IMG/VR virus record: IMGVR_UViG_3300045988_150292
Span: 1-64,000 of that record
Length of the DNA: 64,000 nt
Strand: one strand, 5' to 3'
From: a virus
Position 1 is the stretch's first letter. Every line of letters starts with the position of its first letter. Made by a program: the position numbers and the translations under genes. The notes beneath the pieces were generated by a model. That model was not told the origin of the DNA. It was given only the letters and a program-made list of their open reading frames with translations, and did not search any database. Below, piece by piece: positions 37,801 through 44,570 of this stretch.

Positions 37801-38390
37801 CGGAGCTTCTCCTCTGCTTCCATCTGCTTCTGTAGGGCTTGGGCGAAGGCACGCGACTTCTGTTCGGCGGCGGCTATCTCCTGCCGGTATGCCTCCTGCG
37901 CCATCTGTGCGGAGATTTTCTGGCGTTCCTGCTTCTGCTTCTCAAGCTCCTCCTCCCTCTTGGCTTGCTGTTCCTGGGCATGGCGGCGTTGCTGTAAAAG
38001 TTCTTCAACGCGCTGCATGTCTTGGTAGTCGGAAAAACCTGCGTGGCCTTTCCCGGTTGCATTTATTCTTTGTAGTATTTGCAACACTTTCCCATATTGC
38101 TCTGCTATGGCGGTTATATTATTGACCGTCTTGGAATCAACCCCCAGACCCTCAGCTCTGGCGGCAAACGCCTGATATTGCGCTATAGCATCTTGCAGTT
38201 TCTTGATGTCGGCAACTCCCTTGCTGCTAAGGGTACTTGTTGCTTCCGTTATCAGATTCAGTGCGTCCTGGGCTCGCTTGCCGGTGACGTCAATCTTGTT
38301 GAGAGCGTTAATAAGCTTCTTGGATTCTTCCTCCATGCGCGTCTTCAACGTGAGCGTCATGCTCAAATCTCCTAAATTTCCTCCTGCCAT
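31818..38390 (-). CDS. Tail tape measure protein (2190 aa)
   Basis: Size, extensive coiled coil, and a TP901-type tape-measure core (VALRSIIGDIAKADELFAQTQQLALQSPFKFGEL...LGLAYGQVKARSWLDGKELRQFAYAGLPL). Lies downstream of the chaperone genes. Confidence 0.85.
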   Translation of the reverse strand: MAGGNLGDLSMTLTLKTRMEEESKKLINALNKIDVTGKRAQDALNLITEATSTLSSKGVADIKKLQDAIAQYQAFAARAEGLGVDSKTVNNITAIAEQYGKVLQILQRINATGKGHAGFSDYQDMQRVEELLQQRRHAQEQQAKREEELEKQKQERQKISAQMAQEAYRQEIAAAEQKSRAFAQALQKQMEAEEKLRRSRVGGTEFDRRRAVRASFASEPTRYYVPFAGNMDQINEVQKAYGKAFDALGERYDRLQQKISSFHGPKDDEWLVKTKAQLAEVESQMQRLVAASERLSMQTAARLDATYKPNATTPQEQAQRRLQETNALKNAILERMEAEKREAAEAAKNEKQRQAELDKSQQKIKALKDALNRLWGERQAGKALGLDTSEADAKIRSMISALRTLREYSNMLGNKGVGWQSSLGSLNYNYFGTLAEGAKRLSSEQAKANSEKRQAIALEERHRQEVAATAARVRSDLVSAFEQAKKSAGGMSSAVQDLKSLFLQGGLIYGAKQFADSIIQTGGEIVQQHVALRSIIGDIAKADELFAQTQQLALQSPFKFGELNRDVKQLAAFGVEANDLYDTTKRLADIASGLGVSFERLGLAYGQVKARSWLDGKELRQFAYAGLPLLKSIAEMYNETGRSGKTDYTESDIKKMISQRQVSFEDVQKVLWGMTDEGGKFYNMQLVLSNTLLGQWNKLIDAWDIMLGKFAEGNNVIGGVFTSIVKQAANLVLMLDKLSPALVSFGAMFALRKGLGAVAARTGIAQELTAMKAAQAAELRRYAIAQQRLLVEGKITQEELRQNLVARAGFLNGTINKRNAMEELAIKGKLSMLQMQRLVQERMISPELIKQLELMGMISSKQSELILKSGLIARSQLAWNQATSKLGSLLTGGNVAAVGAAVGAAIWMGYDQYTSKLEQSMENMRKSAEDHFKQLSDYVKGLPASPGEGDKIAGIDNMKDLLTQTGYFTDELNEQLEACGDINEEYDLLVSKTKESSENAKAQGQYTQMAANAMFESQRGGAWAGQYDILSRISDAAGLSEHGGVFGYISGLFNDDLEKNSNDLNNSLMKVSAQLDILSSDARSKLESVADAFLSPEQRVMSLEEKIAYLAKYNSDAWEEIVKRVANGDETTAKHLKNIGKAGKNMSKDLKEIAEDDFPKIMESWRKDLGMTESEFKTFCQRNPKKFQAMFDSLLSIANISAPKIREALKRMWYEAADMVVPETPKPKKPKGWTNPLREGTIGRKTYDKLEAAGLLKNKHRDMANVLFNIDQGKSSGWHEYGEAIRKQYKEWRDENNQARKAGEKQPYYYKMKLLEEAAAKIGVSLDVGKDKVSGDFGKDGGNKDDKVLKALKDKVSLYKTYYTELQKYRKLYGADADKELMKDKNFAPIKGYGLKDRSDYGGSIRQLVGRLPKNTEERKSFVEQSIAGISSKEREEEQKRIEDVNSELSRKLDLLSEEYDLYKQLYDLTGDSQGAMQVAFQGNTVQSQSLLQSLMKQIQDELDKSHPGTKAADVTALSDNDFNKLFGEKSEALSVLVQRYKKESDKVRLDTIKKMTDLIKDNRTLDQQIADLDREHESNQTKIWGSSTTTEMKKRASEGENKEWQDKRAKLEFEQFKNNTDWVTIFDDLDRVSSNTIDTMCTEIEKFSKKAGLSVEVVKQLRDALDKLRNEQIDRSPFGVMFNTIGQGNAIGDFLKRSEPGKDGKYIVSAEAGKRMGMQEGKYTKGELENGQQGKYTDFSKSLQSVANKFKALESIMSPVVDLFAAFGKEDTVAGGIIQGGSDALSAAGSTAGALNNLGLEQAGPYGAAAAAAISIISSFAAAHDAALEREIEASKQRQKEMENLTKNLQHAIEIALGGVYSYTMNDKTRDKLTEVLETFRKENTKFNFQTQKWEKTNKNKSRYSEQTAEQVEKSLQNKDSNFDAQLASLMVQRDELQKQRDSENNKKKKDKNAISDYDAQIEEANQQISEFAQEWAKTIYSIDLKDWASQLTDAIIEAWQKGEDAVDAYEDKVKELMNSLTKNILSQKILEVALKPTLDNLENKLKANGGKLEAEDVLSITDSLIDAEGNAIDSIVSILDSLKEKGLDLSENGSLSTSNTIKGVTEETADLLASYINAIRLDVSVNRANLSIVVEAVKLLPNLNVIAQSQLTQLNTLVSLSQARNDKLDQMYDWMRSTTNGTRKLYIA

Positions 38391-38452
38391 ATTCCTACCA
38401 TTTTTGTGTTTTTTTAATCAAGTCCATATCTCTCCAGAATACCTGTTTACAC

Positions 38453-39174
38453 TCACTTCAGGAAATCCCCGAACGTCACTCCTTCTTTTCCTACAAGCTT
38501 GTCGCCGCCTTCCTTCTCCTTGCGTGCCTTCCAACGTGCATAGGCGGAGGCGAGTTTCTTGCGGGTCGGCCCCTTGTCTTTCTTCGGATATACCACCAAT
38601 GGCTGATCGGCGACCATAAGGTCTATCTGCGCTGACGTGTAGCCCCACCAGTAGTCGTAGGCACGGATGCCGTAACGGCGCTCGAAGAGGAAAGGGAACT
38701 TCTCGGCTAACGAATATGCGGCTCCCCAGCTTGTTCGGCTTGGATAGCATCGACTTCCTTCGTCGTCATCGTCATCGTCATCGTCATCCTCAGATTCGTC
38801 ATTCCTATCACTAATATGGTAAGCAGTGAGGATGCTGTCGATTGAGTTTTTTTTTTCGCAGTTTCCAAAAGACGCAACACTTCCACATCGTCAAGGTCGC
38901 AGAAGTAATACAGCCAACGCCAATAGATACCGTAGAAGGCACGGATCTTCCAGATGTTGTTAAGAAGCACAACGGCGCATATCTTCGCATTGCGACGGTT
39001 CTCGTTCTTCTCTCTCGCCACGATATGACTGAATTTCATTATCGTACCCTTGTGGAGCCAACCTATAGTACGGCGCTTGCCTCTGAACTCCACGTCAAGG
39101 GGCTCGGCGGCAAGAACGGCATCAAGCATCTTCTGGTATTCTACGGAGGGTTGCTCTATCTTTTTTTCTGACAT
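38453..39174 (-). CDS. Tail assembly chaperone, -1 frameshift product (gpGT-like)
   Basis: From the A10 run the -1 frame stays open for 133 codons with protein-like sequence (...ESEDDDDDDDDDEG...AAYSLAEKFPFLFERRYGIRAYDYWWGYTSAQIDLMVADQPLVVYPKK...GDFLK*). It ends at 38453, 62 nt before the TMP ATG. Confidence 0.65.
38707..39174 (-). CDS. Tail assembly chaperone, frame-0 product (gpG-like)
   Basis: Lies between the major tail and TMP genes. Start proposed at MSEKKIEQ (39174). Contains the A10 slippery run. Confidence 0.6.
   Translation of the reverse strand: MSEKKIEQPSVEYQKMLDAVLAAEPLDVEFRGKRRTIGWLHKGTIMKFSHIVAREKNENRRNAKICAVVLLNNIWKIRAFYGIYWRWLYYFCDLDDVEVLRLLETAKKKTQSTASSLLTILVIGMTNLRMTMTMTMTTKEVDAIQAEQAGEPHIR
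38847..38856 (-). promoter_or_regulatory. Slippery A10 run (programmed -1 frameshift site)
   Basis: The minus strand reads GCG AAA AAA AAA ACT, which contains an A_AAA_AAA heptamer. Confidence 0.65.
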
Positions 39175-39203
39175 GATATTTGGCTTAGTGTGATTGATAC
39201 AAT

Positions 39204-39240
39204 TAAAAAGGCGGCACGGCATTTCTTATGCCTGCCGCCT
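39204..39240 (-). terminator. Intrinsic terminator after the major tail gene
   Basis: 13-bp stem with one bulge (AGGCGGCAGGCAT/ATGCCGTGCCGCCT on the minus strand), followed by TTTTT. Confidence 0.75.
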
Positions 39241-39299
39241 CTAAGGTTCTGTGGTGTCTCAGACTGTCGGTTTTTCTTCCTTTTTAGCCGACTGTGTCG

Positions 39300-39884
39300 C
39301 TACGCTGACTTTTTTTTTAGATAAGCGAAGCTCTTCTTGCCTGCACCTTCAATACTGCCGGTCAGCTGGATGGCAAACGGCTGTGTGCCTGGGTTGTCAT
39401 ACAACTGCTTGGCGTAAAGGGCGAGGTTGGTAATTACCACAAGGTTCTTCTTCTCTGAGTCTACAAGGAAGAAGGTTCCTGTAATCTTCTTCTTCTTCAG
39501 CTCCCATGCGTGACCTTCAAAACCGGTTGTGCCGTCAAGCTCGGTGTCACCGGTGGTCATAGTGGCTGTAGGGACATCCTTCACGGCGTCTGCGCCGTAG
39601 AAAATCTTCATCACTTCCTTGTCAAGGGTTGGGACGGTGAGCTGGATTTTCACGTCTCCGGAGGTTGAACTTGAGGTCCAGTCGGCATCAAGGCCGATTA
39701 CCTTGTAGTGGTTGATGGTCGGGTCGTCCTGGGTGATCTGCAGTGTGTCTACAGTCACCGGAAGGTTGAACTCTGGGGCAAACTTCAATGTAGTCTGCTC
39801 GAAGTCCACAACGGCCTGCTGATAGTAAAGGTCGGCGATGTCATTGAAAACGACCTTCAATTCCTGTTTTGTCTTTGCTGCCAT
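39300..39884 (-). CDS. Major tail protein (candidate)
   Basis: 194 aa, beta-rich. Lies upstream of the chaperones and TMP, with a strong terminator downstream. Confidence 0.55.
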   Translation of the reverse strand: MAAKTKQELKVVFNDIADLYYQQAVVDFEQTTLKFAPEFNLPVTVDTLQITQDDPTINHYKVIGLDADWTSSSTSGDVKIQLTVPTLDKEVMKIFYGADAVKDVPTATMTTGDTELDGTTGFEGHAWELKKKKITGTFFLVDSEKKNLVVITNLALYAKQLYDNPGTQPFAIQLTGSIEGAGKKSFAYLKKKSA

Positions 39885-39912
39885 ATACTTATAAGTTTTT
39901 GGTTGGTTATTG

Positions 39913-40317
39913 TTATCTTGTCCTTAAACGGCCTTGTATCATCGTGATGTCGAATCCGTCTCCGTCATCGGTCTGCAGTATCACCTTGGGCTTCGTGACG
40001 ATTATCCGGGGGGTACGGATGGGGAAGACGGACAGCACACGCTCAAGCTTCTCGTCCATGGCGTCAAGGTCTGTGCAGTTGCCGAGACCGGAGGAAACAC
40101 GGTTCCTCGTGTAGATGCTTATCTGGACGGTAGTGCTGTAGTCGTTGTATGAGCCGTCATCGCTTATCTCGTTGTTACGGATGGCGTAGGGCAGGCTCAC
40201 GACGATAAAGCTGTCATAGCGCTTGTCTACCGTGTCGGGACGGTTGCGGGCTATGACGACATCACAGATGCCTTTCACGGCATTGCCCAAATCGTAGTAT
40301 ATCTGTTTCAGGTCCAT
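39913..40317 (-). CDS. Tail terminator / tail completion protein (by position)
   Basis: 134-aa ORF in the neck module. Confidence 0.35.
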   Translation of the reverse strand: MDLKQIYYDLGNAVKGICDVVIARNRPDTVDKRYDSFIVVSLPYAIRNNEISDDGSYNDYSTTVQISIYTRNRVSSGLGNCTDLDAMDEKLERVLSVFPIRTPRIIVTKPKVILQTDDGDGFDITMIQGRLRTR

Positions 40318-40323
40318 CTTGCA

Positions 40324-40890
40324 TTATATGTCAAAGTTTAGCGTTCCGTTGGTTTCTGCTATGCCGATTTGCAAAAGGAATGGAACGTCTTCGTAGGTGC
40401 TGTAGACGGTTTCGACGATTTTCTCATTGAACTTGGCGTATTCCACAGGGCACACGCACATCAATGCCCATTCGCCTCCGGGCTTGAACTTGCCGATGCG
40501 GCCGTAGATGAGGTTCGGACCCCATTGTCCGCCTTTGCCTGTCTTTCCTCTGAATGGAGGATCTGCTTCGTCGCCTTCATAATAGGATGGCTTGTCGTAG
40601 ATTTCGCCTTTACGGAGGGTGGGACGGGTTGGAGGGGCTTCGCCGTCTGCGGAACGGGAGACGTACATCAGCTTGCCGCGGTAGTAGACGGAGGCATAGA
40701 ACGAGGTGAAGGTGTTTCCTGTCACATTATAGAACTCACGGTTCTTCTTGAATGCCTCTACCACCTTGTCGGCGGCCTTCTTCATGATGGCGTAGGCTCG
40801 CTCGTAGGCGTATTTGTTTATCTTGCCGAGCATCTCGTGCTCGAACTGCAAGCCTAACGACAGTCTGCGTTCATATCCTCCCATTGTCAC
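40324..40890 (-). CDS. Neck protein, HK97 gp10-like (tentative)
   Basis: 188 aa. The NVTGNTFTSF motif and position suggest this family. Confidence 0.35.
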   Translation of the reverse strand: MTMGGYERRLSLGLQFEHEMLGKINKYAYERAYAIMKKAADKVVEAFKKNREFYNVTGNTFTSFYASVYYRGKLMYVSRSADGEAPPTRPTLRKGEIYDKPSYYEGDEADPPFRGKTGKGGQWGPNLIYGRIGKFKPGGEWALMCVCPVEYAKFNEKIVETVYSTYEDVPFLLQIGIAETNGTLNFDI

Positions 40891-41261
40891 ACTCTTTTCA
40901 AACTCCAGTACACTACGGTCCTGTTATTGTCTCCCTCGCAGTCTTTCACGATGCCTTCTTCCGTGTGGTTGCCTATCCTGCAACGGATGATGTCACCGTC
41001 CAAAGGAAACTTGCAGCCGGACCAGGCATCGAAACGTATCGGGATGCTGGCCTTCCGCTTGTTCTCGTCTATACGGCTGTCTCCGGTCGTGGTGGTGTCG
41101 GTGTAGATACGACACTTTCCGCAGTACAGCTCTTCTTCCACATCGAGTAGGGGGGCGTCGGCTTCACAGAACGGGTTGTCCGGGTCTTTCCTGCCGTGGA
41201 TGACGCGCACGATGCTCACATAGTGGGGGTAGCGGGGGTTGTCAATACGGGACTCTCTCAT
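40887..41261 (-). CDS. Head closure / head-tail adaptor (by position)
   Basis: 124 aa. 4-nt overlap with its neighbour. Confidence 0.35.
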   Translation of the reverse strand: MRESRIDNPRYPHYVSIVRVIHGRKDPDNPFCEADAPLLDVEEELYCGKCRIYTDTTTTGDSRIDENKRKASIPIRFDAWSGCKFPLDGDIIRCRIGNHTEEGIVKDCEGDNNRTVVYWSLKRV

Positions 41262-41265
41262 ACGC

Positions 41266-41697
41266 TCAATGCTTTATGACGTGGGGCAACGGCATACCAT
41301 ACGATGTGTAGGTGGCTCGCTTGATGCCGTGGGAGACAATCTTGAAGGAGGACTGGCTCTTGAATACTGACGAGGGCTCAAGTTCCTGGTAGATGGCGTT
41401 GGCCTCTTCCTTCAACTCGCGCCGGTCGGTGTCGCTGAGCTCGTAACCTCCTCCCGAATGACTCCAGCCGTTATCGGAATCGGAGGTGTTGTTCACCTTG
41501 CTCGCACCAAGGACAAACCATTTCAATATGTCGGCGTAGGCAAGACGCAGGGCGGACTTGTCGGCGTCGCCGTATTGAATGTCAAGGTCGAGACCGCGGT
41601 CCAACAGTATCGGGCGCAGCGCTTCGTCGTTGACGCCGAACTTCACTTTGCCTGAAAGATAATCGGCCACGGTGTATGTTTCACACTCCTTTTCCAT
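41266..41697 (-). CDS. Head-tail connector protein (by position)
   Basis: 143 aa, immediately downstream of the capsid gene. Confidence 0.35.
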   Translation of the reverse strand: MEKECETYTVADYLSGKVKFGVNDEALRPILLDRGLDLDIQYGDADKSALRLAYADILKWFVLGASKVNNTSDSDNGWSHSGGGYELSDTDRRELKEEANAIYQELEPSSVFKSQSSFKIVSHGIKRATYTSYGMPLPHVIKH

Positions 41698-41718
41698 GTC
41701 GTTTCTCGGTATTTAGGG

Positions 41719-42900
41719 TTAGCCCTTTCCCTTGATGTTGATGATCCAACGGTAAGGGAAGTCGAGCATCGCGGGAACAGCAGCGAGGAACAGGTCTGTC
41801 TTGAACTCCTTATACAATCCGTTAGGAGTGGTCATGTTCCTCAACAGACCGAGGCCGTTGTTGGTGGTTGCCCAAACTACGTCTACCATCTTGTTGCCCA
41901 AGGCTTCGAATATCACCTTGTCGCTGATCTGCTTGCGCTTGAAGGTGAATGCCTTGCCTGCCGGACGCAATACTACCGTACCGTCAGCCCAGCCCTGGAT
42001 GGTCTCGACGCTGCCGTCGAAACGGATGTTCTGCTCCTGCTCCTCCACAATCTCGATTGGAGAAAGACCGTTGAGGTCGGTCACGGACTTCAGGAACATC
42101 TCCTTGTTCACGCCGTAGTTCTGCAACACTGCTACATAGTTGGCGGCTGCCCAGCTCTTCCAAAGCTCCTGCACCTGCTTGTTCTTCAGAAGAACGTTGT
42201 TGAAGTCGTTCTTCGTCATCTGCCATACAAGTGGGGTCTTGGCGTACTGTGGGTATGCCTTGCGCCAGTTTTCCTCAAACTGGCGCATCTGCTCCAGAAT
42301 GTCGCAGTCCTTGTTGGCCCACTCCAGCTTGCCGGCTTTCTTGAAGTTCTCCTTCGGAATGTTGGCGGTGTGGAGAGGTGCCTGGATGCCGCGGCCAATG
42401 TTCGTGTAGTCGAGCTCACCGGTAGAAGCGAGACGGGCGGTCATGAAGGTCATGGTACTGTTCAGGGAGTCCACAAGGTCCTGAAGCTTGTCGGTATACT
42501 CGTCCACGAGGTCGGCGTCGTCACCGAACTCCTCACCGAGCATCTTCATGCGATACCAACGCTCTGTGGCGGTCTCGCGGAAACCGTCGGCGGCGAAGTC
42601 GGGGATGGTGGCGGTATACCAGTTCATGTTGCCCTTCTCTTTCTGATAGCCTTCACTGAGCGGAGCACGGAGGTTCATCAGAGTGGCGGCTTTCAGCTCG
42701 CGGGATTTCACCGAGAAGGTGGCAAGTCCCTTGTTGTCGGTAGGAGTAACGTCGGTGGCGATGGTTCCCTGGGTGAGATACCAGTCGTAGTTACTGAGAA
42801 GGATGCCTTCTTTGTTGATGTATGTCTGCAAATAGTCACGGTTTATCTTCGAAGAGAAGAACTTGGCCATTCGAGAATCGTTGAAATTGAATTTTCCCAT
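41719..42900 (-). CDS. Major capsid protein (gpE-like)
   Basis: 393 aa. Follows the scaffold and decoration genes. Overall similarity to lambda-E-type capsid proteins, judged from memory. Confidence 0.65.
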   Translation of the reverse strand: MGKFNFNDSRMAKFFSSKINRDYLQTYINKEGILLSNYDWYLTQGTIATDVTPTDNKGLATFSVKSRELKAATLMNLRAPLSEGYQKEKGNMNWYTATIPDFAADGFRETATERWYRMKMLGEEFGDDADLVDEYTDKLQDLVDSLNSTMTFMTARLASTGELDYTNIGRGIQAPLHTANIPKENFKKAGKLEWANKDCDILEQMRQFEENWRKAYPQYAKTPLVWQMTKNDFNNVLLKNKQVQELWKSWAAANYVAVLQNYGVNKEMFLKSVTDLNGLSPIEIVEEQEQNIRFDGSVETIQGWADGTVVLRPAGKAFTFKRKQISDKVIFEALGNKMVDVVWATTNNGLGLLRNMTTPNGLYKEFKTDLFLAAVPAMLDFPYRWIINIKGKG

Positions 42901-42938
42901 ATCCTGTTACAATCTTTTTACGTTATACTTTGCGTTGG

Positions 42939-43700
42939 TTAAATGCGCCAGAACTCTGGGTACAAGCTCTTGTTCATGGCAGCAACGGCCGGACATACGG
43001 GACCCATCTTGTCTTTCCACATCACAAGGTCGGGGTGCAACATACAGAAGTTGATGTTGTAACGGGGCTTGTGATACTTGTCGCCACCGAGGTCGAAGAA
43101 CGGAAGGTCGTAGTCGTTCGGGGCGAAACAGTTAGGGTTTGTAACCATTGGCAAAACACTGGCACCTGCTGCAGATGCCTCGACAAGAACTGTCTTTTTC
43201 TCCAGTGTGCCTAATGTGGCGGAAAGGGTTACTTTCCATACGTCACCGGCTGTAGCGTCTGTCTCGGTCTCTACCTTGGTCACGGTAACACCGGTGCCCT
43301 TGGTGGTGAAGTCTTTCTGGCCTATCATAATGTTGTCGCCGACAAACGGGATGTGGACGAAACCGTTGCGGGTAAGGTATATCACCGTGTCTGTGGCGCT
43401 TCCGGTTGCTTTGGCCACCTCGTAGGCTTTCAGCACTTTCACTGTCGCACCCTTGCCGCTTACAATGCCAAGGTCGTGCTCGATGAGGTCTCCTGCGTAG
43501 ATCTTGGCGGGACCGGGGAACGGATTGGCAAGCTGACCGCCGATTGGTGGACGGTTGAAAGCGTTCTTGACAAGGGCCTCAAGACCGGCGAACACATAAC
43601 GCTGACCGCCGATGGAACCTTCGGCCTGCAGCATCACACCGCCGTTCATCACGGCTCCCTGGGCGAGCATCTGGTCGTAGTAATTCATAGAGTTATCCAT
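42939..43700 (-). CDS. Head decoration / auxiliary capsid protein (by position)
   Basis: 253 aa, between the scaffold and major capsid genes. Confidence 0.35.
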   Translation of the reverse strand: MDNSMNYYDQMLAQGAVMNGGVMLQAEGSIGGQRYVFAGLEALVKNAFNRPPIGGQLANPFPGPAKIYAGDLIEHDLGIVSGKGATVKVLKAYEVAKATGSATDTVIYLTRNGFVHIPFVGDNIMIGQKDFTTKGTGVTVTKVETETDATAGDVWKVTLSATLGTLEKKTVLVEASAAGASVLPMVTNPNCFAPNDYDLPFFDLGGDKYHKPRYNINFCMLHPDLVMWKDKMGPVCPAVAAMNKSLYPEFWRI

Positions 43701-43730
43701 AATCAGTCTTTTTTGTTTTTGTTTGTTCTG

Positions 43731-44417
43731 TTACTTCTTTTCGTCTACCTTTCCGAAACGGCGCTTCCTACGCTCTATGATGTCGTCAAACTCATGGTCG
43801 TCAACCTTGCCGGTGTCATTGCCCGGGGTGACATGCTTGGTTGGGATGGCGGCACCGCCGTTGGCGCGCTTGTAATCGGTGGTGTAGATACTCTCGGCCT
43901 TCGCCGTCAGTTCTGCGATGTCGGCATCATCGTCTGGAACGGCGAGCTTCGAAAGCGCGGTTTCAAGGAAGAAGTCGTTCATCTCAAGGTTCGCCTTGCT
44001 GAACTTGTCCTTCAAACCGCTTCTTACGGAGTCAAGGGCGGCCTGCTTTGCTGCGCGCTTGTCTCGCTCTTCGTTGGCGGCAAGGAGCTTGTTGAGCTTA
44101 TTTTCCAGAGCCTGGTAACGGTCGTCTTCGCTTTCCTCTCCCTGCTTCTGGCGCTCGTCTTCCTCCTTCTTCTTCTTGCGCTCTGCCTCGGCTCTGTTCT
44201 TCTTCATCTCGTCGGAGACGTTCTTGTGAAGGTTGCCGTCCATGCGCTTCAAGCGGTTCGCCAACTTGGTGACTATCTTGGAATTGGCTTCCTCGTCATC
44301 ACCGAAATCTTCCAGGACATCATCAAGTTCTTCATTGATGGTCTTCTGGCTTAATGATGTGAACTTGGTAGTGTCTGCTTCCTTGTTCACAAGGTTCAAG
44401 AGTTCTTCCCTTGTCAT
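43731..44417 (-). CDS. Scaffolding protein
   Basis: 228 aa, highly charged coiled coil (KKNRAEAERKKKKEEDERQKQGEESEDD). First gene of the minus-strand virion operon. Confidence 0.55.
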   Translation of the reverse strand: MTREELLNLVNKEADTTKFTSLSQKTINEELDDVLEDFGDDEEANSKIVTKLANRLKRMDGNLHKNVSDEMKKNRAEAERKKKKEEDERQKQGEESEDDRYQALENKLNKLLAANEERDKRAAKQAALDSVRSGLKDKFSKANLEMNDFFLETALSKLAVPDDDADIAELTAKAESIYTTDYKRANGGAAIPTKHVTPGNDTGKVDDHEFDDIIERRKRRFGKVDEKK

Positions 44418-44494
44418 GGTGTAAAATGTTTAGTTTTTGTGTCGGTTACATCGGGGTGCTTCCCCGGAATGCATAAGTATAAATATTTACATCG

Positions 44495-44502
44495 CAAAAA
44501 TA
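44495..44502 (-). promoter_or_regulatory. -7 box TATTTTTG for the virion operon
   Basis: Reverse complement of CAAAAATA, in the 153-bp AT-rich divergent region. Confidence 0.4.
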
Positions 44503-44536
44503 TGTATAAATATGCAATTATACAAATAAAATTCGA

Positions 44537-44544
44537 TATTTTTG
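44537..44544 (+). promoter_or_regulatory. -7 box TATTTTTG for the terL operon
   Basis: Matches TAnnTTTG, 27 nt upstream of the TerL ATG. Confidence 0.45.
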
Positions 44545-44570
44545 CATTTAGAATATATATATATACCTAA

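Noticed and set aside
38418-38750. A 110-aa minus-strand ORF between the chaperone and TMP genes
   Set aside because: It is in the third frame, with Arg-rich junk composition. The protein-like frame here is the start-less -1 extension of the chaperone gene.
39310-39318. An A9 run at the 3' end of the major tail gene as a second programmed frameshift site
   Set aside because: A -1 shift would add only ~17 codons before reaching the terminator. No extended domain is encoded, so there is no support for it.
43353-44354. A 333-aa plus-strand ORF antisense to the decoration and scaffold genes
   Set aside because: It is a Leu/Val-rich antisense shadow of charged coiled-coil genes. It would disrupt an otherwise continuous minus-strand operon.
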